Assembly: GCA_964544275.1 (NCBI GenBank)
Contig: CAZIZX010000003.1
Span: forward strand, 43,705 to 107,704
Reading direction: 5' to 3'
DNA: 64,000 bases
From: an uncultured Gammaproteobacteria bacterium
GTDB lineage: Bacteria > Patescibacteriota > Microgenomatia > UBA12405
Below the pieces are notes generated by a model. That model was not told the origin of the DNA, ran no database searches, and was given only the letters and a program-made list of their open reading frames with translations. This document shows positions 56,220 through 64,000 of the stretch, piece after piece. Position 1 is the first letter of the stretch, and each line of letters begins with the position of its first letter. The translations under genes were made by a program, and so were the position numbers.

Positions 56220-57465
56220 TTCTCATCAGCCTGTTATATTTGCATACTCTTTCACCCCTGGTTGGTCCGACTTTTATATACTCGCTTCCCACTGCTACCG
56301 CCAAATCTACCATAAATGTATCATTAGTTTCTCCTCCGCCTCGGTGTGATGGTACTGTCATCAAACCGTACTTCCGTGCTAGCAAACACGTATCCATCGT
56401 TTCGCTCAAACTTCCGGCTTGGTTTAACTTAATTAAAATTGCGTTAGCTGCTTTTAGATCTATAGCTTTTTGCCATAAATTTACATTTGTTACTGTCAAA
56501 TCATCAGCAATAATGGCCGCCTTGTTTCCAAAATTAGATACTAATTTCGGCCAGTTATCCCAATCAAATTCTGACAACATATCTTCTAGTGTTATTATTG
56601 AGTATTGTTCCACCCATGGACGGTAATACTCAATCAACTCATCCGTGGACATATTTTTTCCTTCCAGCTTTAACTCGTATTTTTTTGTTTCTGGGTTATA
56701 AAATTCTGAGGCTGCTGCATCTATTGCAATCCCGGCATCTTTTCCTGGTAAATACCCGGCACTTTTAATTGCTTCCACCAAATAGTCCAAAGGTTTCCGG
56801 TTGGAAGTAATTCCATTTGGTGCAAACGCGCCCTCATTTCCTACGTTTGTTGACAAATTTTCTCTTTTTAATATCTTTTTTAACGCCTCATAAACCTCCA
56901 TTTCCATTCTTACGTTCTCCGCAGCGCTTTTGTTCTTCTCCATAGCCCCCACCATAAACTCCTGCAAATCTGTCGTCTGATCGGCATGCTTCCCTCCCTC
57001 AATCATTACTATCATTGGCCGCGGCAATTTCCAGTCCCCGCCCTCAATTTCATAAATCCGTCTTAAGTATTTATAAAGTGGTAATTTCGCTTCTTCCGCC
57101 GCCGCTCTAGCTACCGCCAGAGACACCCCCAAAATTGCATTTCCGCCCAAACTGGCTTTGTTTTCGGTACCATCCAACTCATTCATTTTTCTGTCAATTT
57201 CTCTTTGTCGACTAACTTCCATCCCCACCAACCCATCATTTATTTTTGTTTTTATGTTTTCCACCGCCCGAAGCATCCCTTTGCCGTTATATCGGCTCGC
57301 GTCTCCGTCCACCAAAACAGTCGCTTCCTTACTTCCTGCCGACGCTCCATAAGAGACCGACGCTTCCCCCACCGCTCCTGACTCCAGAATTACCATTGCT
57401 TCTAATGACGGCGCTCCGCCAGACGCCAAAATTTCTCTTGCAGTGATTTTCTTTATTCTTGTCAT
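56197..57465 (-). CDS. eno: enolase (phosphopyruvate hydratase)
   Basis: N-terminal ITAREILASGGAPSLEAMV, and the C-terminal PSHRGGGETNDTFMVDLAVA signature. Confidence 0.9.
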   Translation of the reverse strand: MTRIKKITAREILASGGAPSLEAMVILESGAVGEASVSYGASAGSKEATVLVDGDASRYNGKGMLRAVENIKTKINDGLVGMEVSRQREIDRKMNELDGTENKASLGGNAILGVSLAVARAAAEEAKLPLYKYLRRIYEIEGGDWKLPRPMIVMIEGGKHADQTTDLQEFMVGAMEKNKSAAENVRMEMEVYEALKKILKRENLSTNVGNEGAFAPNGITSNRKPLDYLVEAIKSAGYLPGKDAGIAIDAAASEFYNPETKKYELKLEGKNMSTDELIEYYRPWVEQYSIITLEDMLSEFDWDNWPKLVSNFGNKAAIIADDLTVTNVNLWQKAIDLKAANAILIKLNQAGSLSETMDTCLLARKYGLMTVPSHRGGGETNDTFMVDLAVAVGSEYIKVGPTRGERVCKYNRLMRIEEEMGE

Positions 57466-57492
57466 AAGTCTATTATAACCAAGCTCTTATTT

Positions 57493-58332
57493 TCAGGTTA
57501 GGGGATAGAATCCCAACCCTCGCTTAATAAACTTTTTAGGCCAAAAATCGCTTACTTGTCGCCACCTGTCGAGCCATTTTATATCCTTTTTTACCCACAA
57601 ATTACAGTGCTCATTTTCGCCCAACATTCTGTCGATCTTCTCCAAATTTCTTTTGTAATAAACCTGGATATACTCATCAATATAAAAAATATTCTCTCCA
57701 TAAATTTGCTTTAACATTTTTTCCATTTTTTTATAATCCAAATCCGCTTTTTTATAGCCTCCCGGCCAGTATTCAAAAAACATAATCGGCCCATCTCTCT
57801 TTAAAGTTTTTAAGCCACCTCCCAAAACCGCTGGCTCATACCCTTGTGTGTCTGATTTTATTAAATTTACTTTCTTAATATCAAACTCCTTAATCATTGA
57901 ATCCAGTGTTTTGACTTCTACCCATTCCGCCAGCCCATCGCTTCCATCCTCGTATAATTTGTGATCTCCATAATTTTCTTTTGATTTATAAATATTAAAA
58001 AAACCGGACCTACCTCCTATTGCTGCTTTTATCGCCATCACATTTTTCAGGTTATTGGCCCCAATATTCTTTTTTAAAATCTCAAAATTCTCATTCTCCG
58101 GTTCAATCGAATAAACCCTTCCTGACTTTCCAACTTTTTTGGCCATATTTATGGTGTCAAAACCAATATTGGCGCCGATATCTACTACTGTGTCTCCCGC
58201 TCTTATATTCTTCAGCAAAAGCCTGGTAAAGTAAGGTTCATAACTTCCCCTGGCTATACTTTGCCCAATATACACGTCATCACTCTTGTAATAAAAGGTC
58301 AAATTATTCCACTCCGTTTTCACCAGCTTCAT
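57493..58332 (-). CDS. FkbM-family SAM-dependent methyltransferase
   Basis: SAM motif VVDIGANIGFDTINMAKK and overall FkbM-like length. Confidence 0.65.
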   Translation of the reverse strand: MKLVKTEWNNLTFYYKSDDVYIGQSIARGSYEPYFTRLLLKNIRAGDTVVDIGANIGFDTINMAKKVGKSGRVYSIEPENENFEILKKNIGANNLKNVMAIKAAIGGRSGFFNIYKSKENYGDHKLYEDGSDGLAEWVEVKTLDSMIKEFDIKKVNLIKSDTQGYEPAVLGGGLKTLKRDGPIMFFEYWPGGYKKADLDYKKMEKMLKQIYGENIFYIDEYIQVYYKRNLEKIDRMLGENEHCNLWVKKDIKWLDRWRQVSDFWPKKFIKRGLGFYPLT

Positions 58333-58451
58333 TTATGTATCCATTATAACCTTTTACCCCCTTGACCATTTACCACCGCTTACTTACAATATTAGCAGTC
58401 TGCCCCGACGAGTGATAAAATAGTTAATAATTATTATTGTAATTTAATCTT

Positions 58452-58751
58452 ATGGCCCAAAAACAAACTCATATCCAACCCGTCCCCGGTTACATTTTAG
58501 TCAAACCTCAAAAAAGGGACAAGACTACACAATCTGGCATCCTTCTTCCCGATACTGCCGAAGACAAACCTCAACAAGGTCAGGTTTTAGCTGTTGGCGA
58601 AGCTATTTTTGACGATGGTCAAAAAATCACCGCCCCCTGTACTAAAGGCGATACCGTCATCTACCGTGAATGGGGTGGCAAAGAATACAAAGACGGCCAA
58701 GATGAGCTTCTCATTTTGAAGTTCGAAGATATCATGGCCATTATTAAGTAA
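58452..58751 (+). CDS. groES: co-chaperonin GroES
   Basis: IQPVPGYILVKP...GILLPDTA...GQVLAVG...GDTVIY. A 99-aa protein directly upstream of groEL. Confidence 0.9.
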   Translation: MAQKQTHIQPVPGYILVKPQKRDKTTQSGILLPDTAEDKPQQGQVLAVGEAIFDDGQKITAPCTKGDTVIYREWGGKEYKDGQDELLILKFEDIMAIIK

Positions 58752-58766
58752 ATTATTAATTATTAA

Positions 58767-60425
<1,659 letters not shown>

Positions 60426-60447
60426 AGGCTGTTAACACAAAAATTAA

Positions 60448-60475
60448 AGCCCCGATAAATATCGGGGCTTTTTGT
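60448..60475 (+). terminator. Rho-independent terminator after groEL
   Basis: agccccgat-aaat-atcggggct hairpin followed by ttttt. Confidence 0.7.
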
Positions 60476-60518
60476 TCCTATTAATCCCTTAATTTGTTAA
60501 AATAGACTGTCTTACCAA

Positions 60519-60589
60519 GACCCGGTAGTCAAGCGGTTAGACAGCGGTCTGCAAAACCGTATAGATGGGTTCGACTCCCATCCGGGTCT
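60519..60589 (+). tRNA. tRNA-Cys (anticodon GCA)
   Basis: GACCCGG/CCGGGTC acceptor, anticodon loop CTGCAAA, T-arm ATGGGTTCGACTCCCAT, at 71 nt. Confidence 0.8.
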
Positions 60590-60801
60590 CACCGAATTTT
60601 ATCGCCTCCTTCTTTTTCTCTTCTCTTTCCTGCCTCAATCGTATCGGCTAACTGCTCAAAAGGTATGAATGTTAACGCATTTATCCCGCAATCCGGACAA
60701 ACAATTCTTGGCGGGAAGTGCAATATTTTACAGGCCGGACAATTACTACCCTCCATCCGAAGTCTTTGTCCCACCGTCCGCCGATACTCAGGTGGCCTCA
60801 T
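60589..60801 (-). CDS. small zinc-ribbon protein (CxxC...CxxC), function unknown
   Basis: CPACKILHFPPRIVCPDCG. Likely the last gene of the ECF sigma operon. Confidence 0.35.
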   Translation of the reverse strand: MRPPEYRRTVGQRLRMEGSNCPACKILHFPPRIVCPDCGINALTFIPFEQLADTIEAGKRREKEGGDKIR

Positions 60802-61136
60802 TTATTTTTCATCACCTTCCAAAACCAATAACCCAAATAGCCAAAAACCGAACATTGCGCTATCAACATCACCAAAAATACCACTCCTACCGATGTCAAA
60901 ACTCCTCCGTAACGATACGTATCCCAGACCACCCTGGCTAATATATAAATTGTTCCTGGCGATATTGCCAATAATAACAACAAAAACAGCTGTAATTTGT
61001 CCTTCTCCTCAATCAAATTTCTAATCGTCAAAAATGGTTGATATGAAAGCAGATATAAATTACACAAAAATTTCCATCCTTGCCTTGCTGCGATCAATCC
61101 ACTCAAAGTTATTATCTTACTTATTTTTCTTATCAT
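60798..61136 (-). CDS. small membrane protein downstream of ECF sigma factor (possible anti-sigma component)
   Basis: Three hydrophobic helices, with an overlapping stop/start to sigma. Calling it an anti-sigma factor is inference from position only. Confidence 0.35.
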   Translation of the reverse strand: MIRKISKIITLSGLIAARQGWKFLCNLYLLSYQPFLTIRNLIEEKDKLQLFLLLLLAISPGTIYILARVVWDTYRYGGVLTSVGVVFLVMLIAQCSVFGYLGYWFWKVMKNK

Positions 61137-61620
61137 TATAGTTCCAGACTAGCCTGAAACTCTTTTTCGCCCTAATCAATTTCGACTCTACTGCTTTTGC
61201 GCTTAATTTCAGTAATTTTGAGATGTCTTTGATTTTCAAGCCGTCTATATACTTAAGTCGCAAGATTTTTCTATATCCTTCGCTCAAATCTCCCAAAGCT
61301 TCGTCGATTTCTTTTTTCAGTTCATTTTTTAAATAATCCCTCTCTGGCGACAAAGCTCCATCGGCAATTTCTTCAAATAGGGGATTGCTGGAAAACAATA
61401 TCGTTTTTAACCTTTTTTTTCGGTAATAATCAACAATTTTATGCTTAGCGATCCCGCATAGCCAGCTAAACTCCGACCCTTTTCCGCTAAATGTTGGTAA
61501 TGATTTGAAACCCGCCAGCAAAATATCATTGGTTAATTCTTCTGCCAAACCCTCATCATCAATTCTTTTCAAAACAAAACCGCGGATACTTTTATAATAC
61601 TTTTTATAAAAATTATTCAT
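61117..61620 (-). CDS. ECF-type RNA polymerase sigma-70 factor
   Basis: Region 2 (LAEELTNDILLAGFKSL...YRKKR) and region 4 HTH (LSEGYRKILRLKYIDGLKIKDISKLLKLSAKAVESKLIRAKK). Confidence 0.8.
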   Translation of the reverse strand: MNNFYKKYYKSIRGFVLKRIDDEGLAEELTNDILLAGFKSLPTFSGKGSEFSWLCGIAKHKIVDYYRKKRLKTILFSSNPLFEEIADGALSPERDYLKNELKKEIDEALGDLSEGYRKILRLKYIDGLKIKDISKLLKLSAKAVESKLIRAKKSFRLVWNYNDKKNK

Positions 61621-61679
61621 TCGCCCCTTAATTTACCACAGTTTACTATTAAAGGCTTCCTCTTTATACTTAATTAACC

Positions 61680-62474
61680 ATGCTGTTTTCTGCCCCAAAG
61701 CACCCATTGCAAAAAGTATCTGATCAATTGCGCCTTCAACTTTTAGATCTGATCCACCAGGCCGGAGGCGGACATATTGGCGGACCGCTATCCTCTATCG
61801 ATATTATGGTCTCTCTTTACAATTCCGATCTATTTAACTTCAAAAATGATCATTTTATTCTTTCCGCCGGCCACCTGGCTCCAGCTCTTTATACCGTTTT
61901 AGCACATCAAAAATTTTTTCCCAAAGACAGCCTGTCCACCTATAGTCAATTTGGTTCTAAGTTACAGGGCCATGTCTCTACTCTGGTTCCAGGCGTTGAG
62001 TATTCATCCGGTTCTCTGGGTCAAGGCTTGTCTTTTGCTGCCGGACTTAGTCTCGGCGACCAGAAACATACTACTGTTTGCCTAACCACCGATGGCGAAC
62101 ATCAGCAAGGTCAAATTTGGGAAGCTGTTATGTTTGCCAAAAAATACAACCTGTCTAACCTCATCAACATTATTGACCAAAACGGTTTTCAGATTGATGG
62201 CTCTACTGATCAAATTATGCCTTTAGGCAATTTAGCCGCCAAATATATCAGCTTCGGCTGGACTGTCTATTCAGTCAATGGTCATGATTTTTCCGCCCTG
62301 ACAAAAGTTTTCCAGAAATGCCTTCAGTCAGAATATCCTAACTGTATTATTGCCAAGACCACTTTCGGTAAGGGGATTTCTTTTATGGAAAAAAACTTTC
62401 GCTATCATGATGTCAAAAATCTGTCCCAAAAATTATATCTTCAGGCCAAAAAGGAGCTGGAATCCCATGTCTGA
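61680..62474 (+). CDS. transketolase, N-terminal (TPP pyrophosphate-binding) subunit
   Basis: GGHIGGPLSSIDIMVSLY and the GDG-containing TPP-binding motif (CLTTDGEHQQGQIWE). Split-gene arrangement. Confidence 0.85.
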   Translation: MLFSAPKHPLQKVSDQLRLQLLDLIHQAGGGHIGGPLSSIDIMVSLYNSDLFNFKNDHFILSAGHLAPALYTVLAHQKFFPKDSLSTYSQFGSKLQGHVSTLVPGVEYSSGSLGQGLSFAAGLSLGDQKHTTVCLTTDGEHQQGQIWEAVMFAKKYNLSNLINIIDQNGFQIDGSTDQIMPLGNLAAKYISFGWTVYSVNGHDFSALTKVFQKCLQSEYPNCIIAKTTFGKGISFMEKNFRYHDVKNLSQKLYLQAKKELESHV

Positions 62475-63396
62475 CATCTCCATTCGTCAAGCCTTTGGCC
62501 AAACTCTTCATAAACTTGCCCGGACCAACAAAAATATTTACGTTGTCAACGCCGATCTCAAATCTTCACTTCACCTCGACACTTTTGCCAAAAATTACCC
62601 TTCCCGGTTTATCGAATGTGGTGTTGCCGAAAATAATGCCGCTGCGGTGGCCGCTGGCTTGGCCAAAACCGGCAAGACCGTCTTTTTGACCTCATTTTCC
62701 TGTTTTTCTCCGGCCATTAATTGGGCGGTTATCAAACAGTCCATCTGTTATAACCAAGCCAACGTCAAAATTGTTGGTTCTCATTCTGGTCTCCTGTCCG
62801 GTAGTCTAGGCGCTACCCACCAGATGCTTGAAGATATCGCCCTTATGCGCTCACTTCCCAACATGGAAGTCTTTGCTCCCCTCGATGCTCTTGAAACCGA
62901 AAAAATTACCAAAGCCATCACCTACAGTCAGGCTCCTTCCTATCTCCGCCTGGTTCGGCCTGCCACTCCAGCCATGTTCCCGCTCAAAGCCTCCTTCGTT
63001 ATTGGTAAATCTCAAGTTCTAAAATCAGGCCGAGACGTCACTATTCTGGGTTACGGCCCCATCCTGTCCCAGGCTATTGAAGTCCAGTCTCAAATTAACG
63101 TTTCTTTGGAAATTATCAACTGCTCATCGATTAAACCGCTTGACACCAGTTTAATCTTAAGAAGTATCAAAAAAACCGGCCGGCTGATTATCCTTGAAGA
63201 TCACCAGAAAAATGGTGGCCTAGGAGAAGTCGTTGCCAACTTGGTTTTATCCTCAGGCCTGAACCCCTCTTTTGTCCACCTGGCTGTTAATGATCAATTT
63301 GGCCAATCGGCCAAAGAACCCAGTGCCTTGTATGACCATTACGGCATTGGCATGTCCAATCTCCAAGAAAGTATTAATAAATTAATTAAAAAATGA
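62467..63396 (+). CDS. transketolase, C-terminal (pyrimidine-binding) subunit
   Basis: Start MSDISIRQAFGQTL overlaps the upstream stop by 8 nt. Typical Tkt C-terminal half. Confidence 0.85.
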   Translation: MSDISIRQAFGQTLHKLARTNKNIYVVNADLKSSLHLDTFAKNYPSRFIECGVAENNAAAVAAGLAKTGKTVFLTSFSCFSPAINWAVIKQSICYNQANVKIVGSHSGLLSGSLGATHQMLEDIALMRSLPNMEVFAPLDALETEKITKAITYSQAPSYLRLVRPATPAMFPLKASFVIGKSQVLKSGRDVTILGYGPILSQAIEVQSQINVSLEIINCSSIKPLDTSLILRSIKKTGRLIILEDHQKNGGLGEVVANLVLSSGLNPSFVHLAVNDQFGQSAKEPSALYDHYGIGMSNLQESINKLIKK

Positions 63397-64000
63397 AAAC
63401 ACTCAGACAAGTTTTTCGTGAATACCGTCAACTGGGCCAGGCCCTTCCCGCTTTTAATATCGATTCCTTCGAAATTTATCAGGCTGTTGAACAAGCGGTC
63501 ACTGAAACAAACCTGCCCTGCATCGTTCAACTATCACCCAATGAAGACAAATTTATTCACGCCGAAAGACTGCTCATGCTGGTCAAAAAAGCTCAAATTG
63601 ATGGCCTCCCCATCTTTTTGAACATTGATCACGGCAAAGATATTAATCGACTTGAAAAATTACTTAAATTAGGCTTCGACATGGTCCATTTTGATGGTTC
63701 ATCTCTTCCCTTCGAAGAAAACCTTTCCCTTTCAAAAAATTTAGTTGGTACCATCCACCAACTCTATCCTGAAAAATTGATTGAGGTCGAGTTCAACCAG
63801 ATTCATCTGGTCAGTAGTAGTCCGTCACCCGACAGTTTTACCAATCCATCTCAGGCCCAAACTTTTATCAGTCAAACGGAGGCTGATCTTCTAGCGGTAT
63901 CCATCGGTAATCTTCACGGCGTCAATACTGATATTCCCGAAAACTTAGATTTAAATCTTTTCCAGGAAATTACCCAAAAGCTGCCCTCGACCCAACTTTA
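63393..64000 (+). CDS. class II fructose/tagatose-bisphosphate aldolase (3' end outside window)
   Basis: MKTLRQVFREYRQLGQALPAFNIDSFEI...LNIDHGKD...MVHFDGS, with ATGA overlap to the upstream stop. The track ORF 63418-63621 is mis-framed. Confidence 0.75.
   Translation, partial: MKTLRQVFREYRQLGQALPAFNIDSFEIYQAVEQAVTETNLPCIVQLSPNEDKFIHAERLLMLVKKAQIDGLPIFLNIDHGKDINRLEKLLKLGFDMVHFDGSSLPFEENLSLSKNLVGTIHQLYPEKLIEVEFNQIHLVSSSPSPDSFTNPSQAQTFISQTEADLLAVSIGNLHGVNTDIPENLDLNLFQEITQKLPSTQL

Noticed and set aside
60589-61136. Calling the 112-aa membrane protein and 70-aa zinc-ribbon protein a ZAS-type anti-sigma factor
   Set aside because: There is no HxxxCxxC signature, and the domain order (membrane protein before zinc ribbon, as separate ORFs) is atypical. 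Left as hypothetical.

Overview
This is a low-GC (roughly 35-40%) bacterial window. Gene content is consistent with a small-genome Patescibacteria/CPR-like organism, but that is inference only. Coding density is high on both strands. The window reads as a large accessory region (about 0.4-44.9 kb) followed by a housekeeping region (hisS, pepF, Nudix/HD/CYTH cluster, gpm, eno, groES-groEL, ECF sigma, split transketolase, fba). (1) 394-8663: a divergent locus with a C5-cytosine DNA methyltransferase facing a six-gene minus-strand operon. The operon encodes a GHKL (MutL/MORC-like) ATPase, an RpoA-CTD-like HhH / sigma-70 region-4-like DNA-binding protein and an OLD-family ATPase-Toprim nuclease. 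I read it as a candidate multi-component restriction/defence system. (2) 8721-14875 and 21912-27617: two diverged copies (about 80% aa identity) of a capsid-less module in inverted orientation. Each is ParB-nuclease::DNA-MTase fusion, TerS, TerL, large serine recombinase. They carry different cargo: an XRE HTH plus PD-(D/E)xK nuclease in copy 1, and an Abi/HEPN-like protein in copy 2. Between them lies an 8-kb segment with three tRNA genes. Each copy has a nearly invariant 83-nt leader upstream of the MTase. (3) 27666-36549: a Type I R-M operon (hsdR, hsdS, hsdM) with an extra half-hsdS, an embedded NYN/LabA-like RNase, a Zn-ribbon-DUF4145 protein and a DUF45 metallopeptidase. (4) 38482-44917: a PqqD/RRE-containing radical-SAM cluster with a SPASM rSAM, a B12-binding rSAM, a third rSAM, a Gfo/Idh/MocA oxidoreductase and an AlkP-family phosphodiesterase. 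Upstream of the SPASM gene I found an unannotated 20-codon ORF (MQKSKWVKPVIRTRSLRLHC) with a strong Shine-Dalgarno, followed by a hairpin and T-run. I read this as a candidate ribosomal-peptide-derived natural-product or cofactor pathway, and it is the best candidate for an undescribed system in the window. There are four tRNAs: Ser-CGA, Arg-GCG, Ser-GCT, Cys-GCA. A roughly 110-nt imperfect inverted repeat, containing a 10-bp dyad, sits 35-40 nt upstream of two start codons at 236-345 and 53645-53788. No CRISPR array or rRNA was seen.
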